DNA of 64,000 nucleotides from an uncultured Verrucomicrobiae bacterium (GCA_963772365.1 CAVYXA010000004.1:37761-101760), one strand, 5' to 3'; shown: positions 1-9,463, counted from the first letter of the stretch. The notes: generated by a model not told the origin, from the letters alone. Numbers and translations: made by a program.

Positions 1-1716
1 GAATGGATCGACGAAGAAGAAGCGCGCGAGTGCCCGAGCTGTCACGGCTCGCGCTTGAACGAAGTTGCTCGCCATGTGCGGGTGCAGGGATGCACTATCG
101 ACGATTTCACAAATCTTTCGGCCAGCGAAGCTGCGCGTAAGATCGACAAGCTGAAATTTCACGGAACACAAAAAACTATCGCATCGGAATTATTGCCGGA
201 AATTCGGCAAAGGCTGCGATTCATGGAAAACGTCGGGCTCGGTTATCTCGCGCTGGGGCGATCGGCCAAGACCTTGAGCGGCGGCGAATCGCAACGCATC
301 CGTCTGGCTGCGCAGCTTGGGTCGAATCTGCGCGGTGTACTTTACGTGCTCGATGAACCCACGATCGGTCTGCATCCACGAGACAATCTGCGCTTGCTCG
401 AAACGCTCATCGCGTTGCGAAAAAAGGGAAACTCGCTTGTGATTGTCGAGCACGACGAAGAAACAATGCGGCGCGCCGATCACATTGTCGATCTTGGGCC
501 GCGGGCGGGAATCCATGGCGGCGAGGTCGTAGTGAGCGGAACGTTGCGAGACATCGAGCGGGCGAAAAATTCCGAGACCGGGCGCTGTTTGAAAACGCCG
601 CTTTGTCATCCAATTCGCAAATCGCGACGGTCGCTGCGCACGGTCGAGAACTGGATCGAGATTCGAAAGGCGCGCGTCAATAATCTGAAAGATGTTGATG
701 TTCGGTTCCCAGTGGGACGCTTATCGGTCATTACCGGAATTTCCGGCTCCGGGAAATCGACTTTGATGCACGATGTGATCTGGCCCGCTGTGCGCGATGA
801 ATTGGAAGCGAAAAAGCGCGGCGGCAATGGCGACTTGTTCAAACTTGTCAGCGGCGCGACCGAGATCGAAGCCGTTTACGAAGTCGATCAATCGCCCATC
901 GGCAAAACGTCGCGCTCGACCCCGGGCACGTACATCAAAGTGTTCGATGAGATTCGAAACCTTTACGCTCAACTCCCTGTCTCGCGCGTCCGCGGTTATT
1001 CAGCCAGCCGCTTTTCGTTTAATGCCGAAGGCGGCCGTTGCGAAGCGTGCAAAGGGCAGGGCGTGATCAAGCTGGAGATGAATTTTCTGCCGAATGCGCT
1101 GGTGCCGTGTGAGGAATGCGGCGGGCGCCGCTACAATCCGCAAACGCTCGAAGTTCTCTACAACGAAAAATCGATTGGTGACGTAATGGAGATGACGATT
1201 GAAGAAGCGGCGCAATTTTTCTCGGCGCATCCAAAGATTGCGCGGTCGCTCGATTTGTTAGTCGAAACCGGTCTTGGTTATCTCAAGCTCGGCCAACCGA
1301 GCCCGACCTTGAGCGGTGGTGAAGCGCAGCGCCTCAAGTTGGTCACACAGCTCAAACGCGGAGTGAATCGCGCCGCCAACGAGCGGATCCGGAAAATGCG
1401 GAAACCGGGATCGACATTATATTTGCTGGAGGAACCAACCATCGGCCTTCACATGGCCGACGTGGAATTATTGCTCAACGTGTTGCATCGCCTCGTCGAT
1501 GAAGGGAACACCGTAATCGTGATCGAGCACAATCTCAGCGTGATCGCCGAGGCTGATTACATTGTCGATCTTGGACCGGAAGCGGGAGCAGAGGGCGGCG
1601 AAATCGTCGCAACGGGCACGCCGGAAGAAGTGTCCAAAAATCGAATCAGCCGCACAGCACCGTTCTTGCGAGAAATCTTGAAATCATCACGCACCAAAAC
1701 AGCGGTGTCATCCTGA
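1..1716 (+). CDS. uvrA: Excinuclease ABC subunit A (UvrA), C-terminal part; the 5' end lies outside the window
   Basis: Frame 1 is open from nt 1 (EWIDEEEARECPSCHGSRLNE) into ORF 55..1716. It has CxxC zinc-finger pairs, Walker A GISGSGKST, and two ABC signature/Walker B blocks (LSGGESQRIRLA...LYVLDEPTIGLH and LSGGEAQRLKLV...LYLLEEPTIGLH). Confidence 0.92.
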   Translation, partial: EWIDEEEARECPSCHGSRLNEVARHVRVQGCTIDDFTNLSASEAARKIDKLKFHGTQKTIASELLPEIRQRLRFMENVGLGYLALGRSAKTLSGGESQRIRLAAQLGSNLRGVLYVLDEPTIGLHPRDNLRLLETLIALRKKGNSLVIVEHDEETMRRADHIVDLGPRAGIHGGEVVVSGTLRDIERAKNSETGRCLKTPLCHPIRKSRRSLRTVENWIEIRKARVNNLKDVDVRFPVGRLSVITGISGSGKSTLMHDVIWPAVRDELEAKKRGGNGDLFKLVSGATEIEAVYEVDQSPIGKTSRSTPGTYIKVFDEIRNLYAQLPVSRVRGYSASRFSFNAEGGRCEACKGQGVIKLEMNFLPNALVPCEECGGRRYNPQTLEVLYNEKSIGDVMEMTIEEAAQFFSAHPKIARSLDLLVETGLGYLKLGQPSPTLSGGEAQRLKLVTQLKRGVNRAANERIRKMRKPGSTLYLLEEPTIGLHMADVELLLNVLHRLVDEGNTVIVIEHNLSVIAEADYIVDLGPEAGAEGGEIVATGTPEEVSKNRISRTAPFLREILKSSRTKTAVSS

Positions 1717-1798
1717 GCGAAGCGAAGCGGAGTCGAAGGATCCCGCGAAACCGCGATGGAGCTTTGCCACGGGATTCCTCGACTTCACTCGGAATGAC
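1707..1798. repeat. Family A hairpin element (~90 nt), copy 1
   Basis: GTCATCCTGAGCGAAGCGAAGCGGAGTCGAAGGATCCCG...CGGGATTCCTCGACTTCACTCGGAATGAC. The long inverted arms are shared with copies at 13690, 45854 and 52332. It overlaps the last 3 codons and the TGA of uvrA. Confidence 0.8.
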
Positions 1799-1813
1799 GG
1801 CGAAGATTTCGCC

Positions 1814-2752
1814 GTGTTCGCCTATTACATCCACGATCTCGACCCGATCATTTTCCGGATTTACGACAACGTCGGGCCACGTTGGTATGGGCTGGCTTAC
1901 GTGCTGGCGTTCATCTGCGGCTACGTTTTGCTGCGCGTGCTGTCGAAAATGGGCTACGCAGATTTGCCGGTCGCGAAGGTCGGCGATTTCATCACCGGTT
2001 GCGCGCTCTTCGGCGTGATCATCGGCGGCCGGCTTGGTTACGTTTTTTTCTACCGGCCGGAAATGCTGCGCGAGCCGTTGTCGATCCTGAAAGTCTGGGA
2101 AGGCGGGATGTCCGCACATGGCGGAATGATCGGCGTGTTGCTGTTCGCACTCTACTTTGCGCACCGCCAAAAGATTTCGTGGCTGAATCTCGGCGATAAT
2201 CTCGTGGTGACCGCCCCCCTCGGTTTGTTCTTTGGCAGGTGCGCGAATTTCATCAACGGCGAACTTTACGGTCGGGCCGCAACTGTTCCGTGGGCAATGC
2301 AATTTCCCAAGGAACTTCTCGATCATCCGACGGAAGCCAACCGCGCGATTTCCGCTGCGATGAAAATTGATCCGACGCTGAGCACGCCGGAAGCCGTCAT
2401 CGTAGCCATTCATCGGCAACCGCAGCTGAAAGAAGCATTGCGCTCCATTCTGACTCCGCGCCATCCATCGCAGCTCTATGAAGCTTTCTTTGAAGGCATC
2501 GTTCTGTTCGCGATCCTCTGGCTCGTTCGGACGCGAACACATCAACCGAACGGCGTTCTGACCGGCTTATTTTTTATCTGTTACGCTGTTTTCCGGATCG
2601 TGATCGAATATTTCCGGGAACCGGATGCAGCATTGATTGCTGGTTTCACGCGCGGACAATTCTTTTCGTTTTTTCTAATCGCGATCGGGACCGCATTTAT
2701 TGTAGCAGCCAAAACGCGACCCACATTTCTGAAGAAATTGATTCCGGATTAG
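1814..2752 (+). CDS. lgt: Prolipoprotein diacylglyceryl transferase
   Basis: 312-aa multi-pass membrane protein with an Lgt-like N-terminus (DPIIFRI...GPRWYGLAYVLAFICGYVLL), plus GGRLGYVFFY and SAHGGMIG blocks. Confidence 0.85.
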   Translation: MFAYYIHDLDPIIFRIYDNVGPRWYGLAYVLAFICGYVLLRVLSKMGYADLPVAKVGDFITGCALFGVIIGGRLGYVFFYRPEMLREPLSILKVWEGGMSAHGGMIGVLLFALYFAHRQKISWLNLGDNLVVTAPLGLFFGRCANFINGELYGRAATVPWAMQFPKELLDHPTEANRAISAAMKIDPTLSTPEAVIVAIHRQPQLKEALRSILTPRHPSQLYEAFFEGIVLFAILWLVRTRTHQPNGVLTGLFFICYAVFRIVIEYFREPDAALIAGFTRGQFFSFFLIAIGTAFIVAAKTRPTFLKKLIPD

Positions 2753-2776
2753 ACATTCGTCATTCGTCCTTTATTA

Positions 2777-3553
2777 GTGTTCGCGGGTGATGCGCGAATG
2801 TTCCTTCCAGAAATCGTAGCAGCAGGGGGCCTGCTCTTCGCATTCGATCACGCGACGATCGCAGGGAAGCTGGTTCTTCTGCTTCTGGCGATCGGGTCGA
2901 TCTTTAGCTGGTCGGTCATGATCACGAAGTTGCGCGTGGTCCAGTTTGCCCGAAAACAAAACGCCCGGTTTCGTGGTGCGTTTCGACAGGATCGACAACC
3001 ACTGCGGTTATTCGAAAAAAATGCGCGCTTTCCCGGCTCACCCAATTTCAATGTTTACCGGGCTGGCTGCCAGGAAATGACGTTTCACTTGCTCGGCTCC
3101 GCCGAAGTGGACGAAACATTTAAAGCCCGTTTGGAAATCGCCGATAAAATTTCGCCCGCGCAAATGAACGCGGTCACAGCGGCAATGGAACGCGCCGTGG
3201 GCGAAACAGCGATCGCCCTCGAGTCGCAAATGATTCTTTTGGCGACGGCGGTGAGCGGCTCTCCATTTCTGGGATTGTTAGGCACCGTGTGGGGAGTGAT
3301 GGATGCATTCACCGGCGTGGCCGTGGCGGGTTCGCCGAATCTCGCTGCCATGGCTCCCGGGGTTTCCGGCGCACTTATCACCACCGTCACCGCCCTCTGC
3401 GTGGCAATCCCCGCAATGTTCGGTTACAATTTTCTCGTCACCAGCATACGCGCGATCATTGTGGAGATGGATAATTTCGCGGCCGAGCTCGCCTCGGAGT
3501 TTGAGCACAAATATGTCGATCACGGCGCGCGCGAGCCCGCCTTCCGCAGATGA
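2777..3553 (+). CDS. tolQ: MotA/TolQ/ExbB family proton-channel protein
   Basis: 258 aa with three TM segments and the C-terminal LGLLGTVWGVM...APGVSGALITT motif typical of TolQ/ExbB. It is followed by tolR-like, TonB/TolA-like and tolB genes. The start may instead be the internal MFLPEIV. Confidence 0.75.
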   Translation: MFAGDARMFLPEIVAAGGLLFAFDHATIAGKLVLLLLAIGSIFSWSVMITKLRVVQFARKQNARFRGAFRQDRQPLRLFEKNARFPGSPNFNVYRAGCQEMTFHLLGSAEVDETFKARLEIADKISPAQMNAVTAAMERAVGETAIALESQMILLATAVSGSPFLGLLGTVWGVMDAFTGVAVAGSPNLAAMAPGVSGALITTVTALCVAIPAMFGYNFLVTSIRAIIVEMDNFAAELASEFEHKYVDHGAREPAFRR

Positions 3554-3576
3554 GCATCCTGATACTAACGGTAGCG

Positions 3577-3636
3577 ACCCTCACCTCAGTCCTCTCCCTG
3601 GCCAGGGAGAGGCGGACGCGAAGCGCCGGTGAGGGT
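3577..3636. repeat. Family B 60-nt nested palindrome, intergenic copy
   Basis: ACCCTCACCTCAGTCCTCTCCCTGGCCAGGGAGAGGCGGACGCGAAGCGCCGGTGAGGGT lies between tolQ and tolR. It is about 90 percent identical to the copy at 21434..21493 inside lysA. Confidence 0.8.
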
Positions 3637-3647
3637 GGACCAGCACG

Positions 3648-4064
3648 ATGAGACGCTATTCACAGCGTCAGGGATTATCATCGCTCAGCGAGATCAACAT
3701 CACGCCGTTGCTCGATCTGGCGTTTGTGCTGTTGATCATTTTCATGATCACCACACCGCTGCTCGAGAGCAGCATGAATCTCATCATTCCATCGAGCACT
3801 CAGCAAAATCCGACGATCAAATCTCCGGAAGTGCAGACGATCTCGATCGATCGGGCCGAGAAGATCACGTTCAACGATCAGATTGTCGATCTTCCGACGC
3901 TCACAGCTCAATTGGTCCAACTGAAGCAGACGAATCCTGACGTGGCTGTGGTGATTCGACCGGATCGGGACTTGCCAGTGCAGAAATTGATCGCATTGAT
4001 GGACGCGTTGCAAAGCGCGCAAATCACGAAAGTAGGCATCGCCACCAAAGCTGGATCGAAATAA
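3648..4064 (+). CDS. tolR: ExbD/TolR family biopolymer transport protein
   Basis: 138 aa. The N-terminal EINITPLLDLAFVLLIIFMIT segment is the ExbD/TolR signature TM helix. It sits next to the tolQ-like gene. Confidence 0.8.
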   Translation: MRRYSQRQGLSSLSEINITPLLDLAFVLLIIFMITTPLLESSMNLIIPSSTQQNPTIKSPEVQTISIDRAEKITFNDQIVDLPTLTAQLVQLKQTNPDVAVVIRPDRDLPVQKLIALMDALQSAQITKVGIATKAGSK

Positions 4065-4067
4065 CCG

Positions 4068-5039
4068 ATGGCGAACAAGGCGCGGTTCTGGCGGAATCTC
4101 ATTCTTATTGGTCTCGCGCACGTAGCGCTAATCATTGGGCTGATTCGTTGGAGTCGGGAACCAAAGATTGCAACGAGCCAAAGCGTCGTTTGGCTCAACG
4201 GCGGTGGCGCAGGCGATGGCAATGTTGCCAACGTTAAGAGTGCTCCAGCGCCGGAGATGGCGGTCGTCCCGACGCCTGAACCGAACCCGGTAGAAAAACT
4301 TGAAGAGGACCGCCCAACACTCGTTTCCGCCAAGAGCGAAATCCAATTGCCTACCGCTACACCAAAACCGACTCCTAAACCGACGCCCAAGCCAACTCCG
4401 AAGGTCACGCTCAAGCCCGAAGTAAAGGAAACGCCAAAACCAAAACCGAAACCGAAACATAAGCCAACACCCAAACCAAAACCAAAGGAGAAGAAAAAGA
4501 CTGTTGTGGCAAAAGCTTCTCCTAAACCGACTCCCAAAAAGAAAGCGACTCCCGAGAAGTCAGATGACGAGGAGGAAAAGCAAGACGTCGATGCTGAGAA
4601 AAAGCGGATCGCCATGGCGGCGCTGGGAAAAAGTGACGCGAGTGAAGATGAAAAGCCGAAGAAAGCGACTGCTGCGAACAGCGGCTCCGGCAAAGGAACA
4701 TCATCCGGCGCTGGCCGTCACAGTGGCGGCGCGGGCGCAGCCTCGCAATTCGGTTGGTACGGCGAGATGTTGCACGATCGTTTTCACAGCGAATGGATTC
4801 AGCCCACTACTGAAGTTTCGGCAGGCGAAAAAATTTCCGTGCTGGTGAAGATTCGAATTGAGAAAGATGGAACTGTTTCGCAATTTGAGATTATCAAGCC
4901 TTCCGGGAATGCAACGGTGGATGGATCCGTGGCAGCCGTTACGAAGCGCGTGACACAAGTCGATCCTCTGCCCGACGGGCTCGGAAGCGACGGGCATTAC
5001 GACGTACGAATCAACTTCGAACTCAATTCCGAACAATGA
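4068..5039 (+). CDS. TonB/TolA-like energy-transducer protein with a Pro/Lys-rich spacer
   Basis: 323 aa: an N-terminal TM anchor, a long TPKP/KPKP spacer and a C-terminal TonB_C/TolA-III-like domain (EWIQPT...VLVKIRIEKDGTVSQFEIIKPSGNATVDGSVAAV). Its stop overlaps the tolB start. Confidence 0.7.
   Translation: MANKARFWRNLILIGLAHVALIIGLIRWSREPKIATSQSVVWLNGGGAGDGNVANVKSAPAPEMAVVPTPEPNPVEKLEEDRPTLVSAKSEIQLPTATPKPTPKPTPKPTPKVTLKPEVKETPKPKPKPKHKPTPKPKPKEKKKTVVAKASPKPTPKKKATPEKSDDEEEKQDVDAEKKRIAMAALGKSDASEDEKPKKATAANSGSGKGTSSGAGRHSGGAGAASQFGWYGEMLHDRFHSEWIQPTTEVSAGEKISVLVKIRIEKDGTVSQFEIIKPSGNATVDGSVAAVTKRVTQVDPLPDGLGSDGHYDVRINFELNSEQ
4351..4500 (+). repeat. Low-complexity (T)PKP codon repeat inside the TonB/TolA-like gene
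   Basis: Translates to TPKPTPKPTPKPTPKVTLKPEVKETPKPKPKPKHKPTPKPKPKEKKK. It also generates the spurious antisense ORF 3908..4693. Confidence 0.85.
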
Positions 5040-6193
5040 TCGGCAAGCTTTCAGTTTTTAGTTTTCAGATCTCAGCGCTTTTGGTTTGCGCAGCGATCAC
5101 GATCTACGGCGCGGAACCACCGACGATCACCGTGAGCAAGAGCGATAAGATCAATCTCACAATTTCCACTTTAGGCGGAAGTGAAGGTGCGGCGGCAACC
5201 AAGACGTTGCAGAACGATCTCAATCTGTCTGGATATTTCGTGTTGAGCAGCAACGCTGCCTATACCGTGCACGGCTTGGCCAGCGGCGGAACGTTGCAGG
5301 GACGCATTGTCGATCATAGCGGGGGTACCGTTCTATCAAAAAGTTACAACGGCAGCGCTCGCGAGAATTCTCACCAATTCGCCGATGACATCATCGAAAC
5401 GCTGAGCGGCAACAAAGGTTTTGCCGCGACCAAGATTGCCTTTATCGCAACACGAACCGGACACAAGGAAGTTTATGTTGCCGACTATGATGGATCGAAC
5501 GCACGCCAGATGACGCACGACGGCGTCATCAGCGTGCATCCGTCGATCAGCCCGGACGGTCGCCGCATCGCTTACACGGGTTATCAAAGTGGCTACCCGG
5601 ATGTGTACGTGATTGATCTCAGCAGCGGCGCACGAAATCGGATCGTAAATTTTCCGGGCACAAACAGCGGTGCAGCGTTTTCGCCGGACGGGAATCGCAT
5701 CGCGCTCACAGTAAGCAGAGATGGAAATCCCGAGCTTTACACGGTTAGCGCGCGTGGCGGCAGCGCGCGAAGGTTAACGAGAACACACGGAATGGAATCG
5801 GGTCCAAGTTGGTCGCCCAACGGCGATGAAATTGTTTATTCGTTCGACGGAGGCAATGGACCGCAGCTTTACCGGATTTCATCCGGCGGCGGGAGCGGCT
5901 CGCATATTTCGACGGGATACGGTTATTGCACCGAGCCGAATTGGTCGCCAGACGGAAAGAAAATTGCCTTTAATGTGCGCGGTGGTGGCGGATTTCAGGT
6001 CGCGATTGTCGATCCTAACGGCGGTGGCGCGCACATCGTAGGATCCGGCGAAAATCCCGTCTGGGGCGCGGATTCGCGCCACATCATGTGCACCCAGGAC
6101 AGCGCGCTTTATCTGGTGGACACGGTAACAAGCCGCAAAACGAAAATTCTCGACGGCCTCGGACGAATCACCGAGCCAAGTTGGTCGCGGTAA
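5036..6193 (+). CDS. tolB: Tol-Pal system beta-propeller protein TolB
   Basis: 385 aa with a signal-like N-terminus and an N-terminal TolB domain. It has repeated SPDG..IA(F/Y/L) blades (SISPDGRRIAYT, AFSPDGNRIALT, SWSPNGDEIVYS, NWSPDGKKIAFN). Confidence 0.82.
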   Translation: MIGKLSVFSFQISALLVCAAITIYGAEPPTITVSKSDKINLTISTLGGSEGAAATKTLQNDLNLSGYFVLSSNAAYTVHGLASGGTLQGRIVDHSGGTVLSKSYNGSARENSHQFADDIIETLSGNKGFAATKIAFIATRTGHKEVYVADYDGSNARQMTHDGVISVHPSISPDGRRIAYTGYQSGYPDVYVIDLSSGARNRIVNFPGTNSGAAFSPDGNRIALTVSRDGNPELYTVSARGGSARRLTRTHGMESGPSWSPNGDEIVYSFDGGNGPQLYRISSGGGSGSHISTGYGYCTEPNWSPDGKKIAFNVRGGGGFQVAIVDPNGGGAHIVGSGENPVWGADSRHIMCTQDSALYLVDTVTSRKTKILDGLGRITEPSWSR

Positions 6194-6209
6194 TTTCTTC
6201 GCTGTAAAT

Positions 6210-7220
6210 TTACAACAGCGCCAGCGATTTGCCTTCGCGTCCAGTGACTTGATCCATGGTGCATTGGCGGGGCGATTTGTCGGGTCGCCAGCGGAGAAAT
6301 TTCGTCCCGTGCCGGAACCGGCCGCCTGTGAAATGATCGTAGGCAACTTCGACTACACTCTTAGGTTCGACAGGTTCCCATTGGCCGCTTCTCTCAGTGC
6401 TCCAGCGACTCGGCCCGCCTGGCGCATTGCCGGTGAATCCCGGTGGGTTGCGCAATGCTTCAAATTTTTTTGTGAGCGAACGGCGTTCGCTTGCCTTGAT
6501 TGCGGATGTGAAGCCAACATGATGAAGTAATCCATCATCGCCGTACAAACCGAGCAAAAGCGAGCCGAGAACTTTGCCGCTGCTGGCATAACGAAATCCG
6601 CCCACTACGCAATCCGCGCTCCGGATCTTTTTTACCTTCACCATCGCGGTCCGTTCACCGGAAGCGTAGGGCAGATCGAGACGTTTTGCGATTACGCCAT
6701 CGAGATCGCCGCCGGCTTTAGCAAACCATTTCTGTGCCTGCTTCAGGTTCGTCGTGGCTGGCGACAGTTTCACAGCCCCTGTGAGTTCGAATTTATCGAG
6801 CTGGACCCGCCGCACGCGAAGCGGCTGTTTTAAATACGATTGTCGATCCTGCGCGAGCAGATCGAATACGACATAGATGGCCGGTTGTACTTTCGCTAAT
6901 TTCGCAACCCGGCTGGCGGCGGGATGCAAACGCAATTGCAATTCGTCAAAAGAAAGTCTGCCACCAACCGCGATTGCTAGCTCACCATCGACGACGAAAT
7001 TCCGACCCGGCAATTTTCTCACCGATTCCACCACATCAGGAAAATAGCGCCCTAGCGGTCGTCCGTTTTTCGATTGCAGATAAACATCGTTCCCGTTTCG
7101 AAAAGCTATGCAGCGAAACCCATCCCATTTCGGTTCGTACTGCCAATTATCACCGACTGGAATTTCCTCCACTGTGCGCGCCTCCATGGGCGGAAGAGGC
7201 GGTTTAATTGCAAATTTCAT
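6210..7220 (-). CDS. ATP-dependent DNA ligase (minimal adenylation + OB type, LigC/LigD-ligase-like)
   Basis: 336 aa with nucleotidyltransferase motif I YEPKWDGFRC. Downstream are VVDGELA, a DLLxxD block and an OB-domain tail ending FLRWRPDKSPRQC. Confidence 0.85.
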   Translation of the reverse strand: MKFAIKPPLPPMEARTVEEIPVGDNWQYEPKWDGFRCIAFRNGNDVYLQSKNGRPLGRYFPDVVESVRKLPGRNFVVDGELAIAVGGRLSFDELQLRLHPAASRVAKLAKVQPAIYVVFDLLAQDRQSYLKQPLRVRRVQLDKFELTGAVKLSPATTNLKQAQKWFAKAGGDLDGVIAKRLDLPYASGERTAMVKVKKIRSADCVVGGFRYASSGKVLGSLLLGLYGDDGLLHHVGFTSAIKASERRSLTKKFEALRNPPGFTGNAPGGPSRWSTERSGQWEPVEPKSVVEVAYDHFTGGRFRHGTKFLRWRPDKSPRQCTMDQVTGREGKSLALL

Positions 7221-7890
7221 CCCGAGCGTAACGCCGTGGAGTCAATTTTGGCGGGCGCTTCCCATTTCGAATGGCTCCGGCGACGGGAATATATCGCAAC
7301 TCCTGTCGATCGTGTGCGCATCGCAGCATCAAACCTCCGCGACTCATGTCGCCGCGTCCGATAAAATCTGCCGGGAAACAAAGCTTTTTCTGAAAATTGG
7401 CGAGAAGAACATCGACATATTTTCCGCTGGCAATGCTTCCGAGTAGAACAACGTCGGATGTAATGGATAATTTTCTCGCAAGGAGCCCGGCGTCTCGCTC
7501 GAGCGGTTTGCGATAGCGCGGATCGTTTTCGTCGATGTCGATCTCGGCAAACTCGCGTAGATCCTCGAGTCGAATCCGCGTCTGAGCATCGACAAGTCCG
7601 CGTGTTGGTGTGATCACAAACACGGCGGAAGCGCCGTTAGCCGAACGCGCGAAAGTTTCCGCGTAGGCGATCTTGCCGCGGAAATAGAGTCCGCTCAAAA
7701 ATGTAAACACCTCGGCAATGCTCGCTCCGCGCCTGCTCCGAAGTTTTTTCGCGAGATCAAATTTCGCAGTCTCTCTCAGGATCATCTGTGCGCGTCGGCC
7801 ACCCGCGTAAGCCGGCGATAACAAAAAGATGCGGCTTTCACCGGTTTGGCGAGCCTGGTCAGTTTCCGAATTTTTCATCCTCATTATCAC
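7204..7890 (-). CDS. Hypothetical protein, translationally coupled to the DNA ligase
   Basis: 228-aa ORF whose 3' end overlaps the ligase start by 17 nt. I recognise no motif. The composition is coding-like, with conserved-looking blocks IFLLSPAYAGGRRA, VVLLGSIASGKYVDVL and FIGRGDMSRGGLMLRC. Confidence 0.5.
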   Translation of the reverse strand: MIMRMKNSETDQARQTGESRIFLLSPAYAGGRRAQMILRETAKFDLAKKLRSRRGASIAEVFTFLSGLYFRGKIAYAETFARSANGASAVFVITPTRGLVDAQTRIRLEDLREFAEIDIDENDPRYRKPLERDAGLLARKLSITSDVVLLGSIASGKYVDVLLANFQKKLCFPADFIGRGDMSRGGLMLRCAHDRQELRYIPVAGAIRNGKRPPKLTPRRYARDEICN

Positions 7891-7982
7891 CGCGCAATCT
7901 TCCGATTCGATCGCTCTGGTGCAAGTTTTCGCCTCGACCTAATTCTATCAAGTGTTGCCTTTAGGCCGCTGTTCGGAAAATA

Positions 7983-8939
7983 ATGAAAGGCATGCGCTGG
8001 CCTGTGAAACTGCAAGCCGATGATCGTGATGAATGGGAACGGCGGTGCTCAACAAACGGGCATCAGCCTGATTTCATCTGCATCGGCGCCCAAAAGTCCG
8101 GGACTTCGTGGCTGTATCATCAACTTACATGCCACGCCGATTTTTGGATGCCGCCGGTCAAAGAGCTGCACTACTTCGATCTGCTGAGCAAGTTCAAGCG
8201 GAAAAAACCTCCGCGTTGTCAGGACGAACGCGACCGCTGGTTCATGGAAAAGTTACTGGAGCTCACCCAACGGCCGTATCTCGATCTGGAAAGGTATTCG
8301 GGCTTGTTCCAATGCAAAGGGACGCTCCTGTGCGGTGATATCACTCCAGGCTATTCAATTCTAAGCGAGGAAATCATCGAGCAGGTCATGGATTTTTTTC
8401 CAGATCTCAAGGTCATCTTTCTGGCCCGCGATCCAGTGGAGAGAGCGTGGTCGCAATTGTCGATGGACGTCCGGCTGGGAGGGGTTCGCTTGTCCGATCC
8501 CGCAGATGGCGATGAGGTCATCCGGAACTTGCGCAATCCCGCAGTTTTGCTGCGTTCGTTTCCAAGCAAAATTATTGCGCGTTGGCGCCGCTATGTACGG
8601 CCAGAATTGTTGCGGATTTATTTCTTTGACGATTTGGAGCGACAACCGGGGAAAGTTCGCGATGAGATCATCAGTTTCCTGGGGGGCGATCCAGAAAAGC
8701 CAAGCGGCCGAATCGCACCCGATTACAACACGAATCGCGGAAGCGAAAAATCTCGATTCACTGACCGAGTCCGTTCGCGCCTTGCCGATTTTTTTCAAGA
8801 AGAACTGAGAACCTGCGCATCAGAACTGGGCGGACCGGCGAAAAATTGGCCCGCACGGTACGGGTTTTCACTGCTTTGGTTCCTGCTTGATTTGGCGAAT
8901 GATCTCGATCTCTTCGGCTGGTGCGATTCCTTTACCTGA
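7983..8939 (+). CDS. Sulfotransferase family protein
   Basis: 318 aa. The 5'-PSB loop FICIGAQKSGTSWLYHQL and the 3'-PB region VIFLARDPVERAWSQ are typical of PAPS-dependent sulfotransferases. Confidence 0.7.
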   Translation: MKGMRWPVKLQADDRDEWERRCSTNGHQPDFICIGAQKSGTSWLYHQLTCHADFWMPPVKELHYFDLLSKFKRKKPPRCQDERDRWFMEKLLELTQRPYLDLERYSGLFQCKGTLLCGDITPGYSILSEEIIEQVMDFFPDLKVIFLARDPVERAWSQLSMDVRLGGVRLSDPADGDEVIRNLRNPAVLLRSFPSKIIARWRRYVRPELLRIYFFDDLERQPGKVRDEIISFLGGDPEKPSGRIAPDYNTNRGSEKSRFTDRVRSRLADFFQEELRTCASELGGPAKNWPARYGFSLLWFLLDLANDLDLFGWCDSFT

Positions 8940-9017
8940 AGTCGTTGATTTTTTATTATCATCGCCTGGGCCGGGTCGAGATCACATTCCGTGAATTTGA
9001 GGCAGAGCGAATCGATC

Positions 9018-9416
9018 TCAATCGCCCGCAGACGTTGCAGAGAAGACGCCGCGGTTTTTTCTCTCCGCCCGGGTCCGATTCGCCTCGAGCTCAGCCAAAT
9101 GTTTTTCTGACCATCGACAAAGCGCGTGCAATGGCTCGATCAATGTTCGTCCGAGGCGAGTCAACGAATACTCAACCTTGGGCGGAACGACGGGGTGGAC
9201 CTTTCGCTGGACTAGTCCGTCGCGCTCGAGACTTCGCAGAGTTTGAGTAAGCATCTTCTGCGAGATGCCGCCGATCTCACGCTGGAGCGTTGCGTAGCGC
9301 ATCGTTCCGCGAGCGAGAATCTGGATGATGAGCGCGGTCCATTTGTCCGCAATCCGATCGAGGACGAGCCGGGAAGGGCACTGCGGCTCCAGAACAGAGG
9401 GAGGGGATTTCGCCAT
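9018..9416 (-). CDS. HxlR family winged-helix transcriptional regulator
   Basis: CPSRLVLDRIADKWTALIIQILARGTMRYATLQREIGGISQKMLTQTLRSLERDGLVQRKV...VEYSLT is the HxlR signature. I trimmed the start to the internal ATG (MAKSPPS) at 9416, because the 170-aa version runs into the divergent protease gene. Confidence 0.8.
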   Translation of the reverse strand: MAKSPPSVLEPQCPSRLVLDRIADKWTALIIQILARGTMRYATLQREIGGISQKMLTQTLRSLERDGLVQRKVHPVVPPKVEYSLTRLGRTLIEPLHALCRWSEKHLAELEANRTRAERKNRGVFSATSAGD

Positions 9417-9463
9417 GACTTTGTCTAGCCTACGGATAAAGCCAGAGCAACATCCCAGATGGA

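Noticed and set aside
1646-2545. 299-aa minus-strand ORF
   Set aside because: It is antisense to lgt, whose product has clear Lgt motifs, and it has no motifs of its own.
3908-4693. 261-aa minus-strand ORF rich in G/F/S/V
   Set aside because: It is the reverse complement of the TPKP/KPKP repeat of the TonB/TolA-like gene, so the open frame is an artefact of low complexity.
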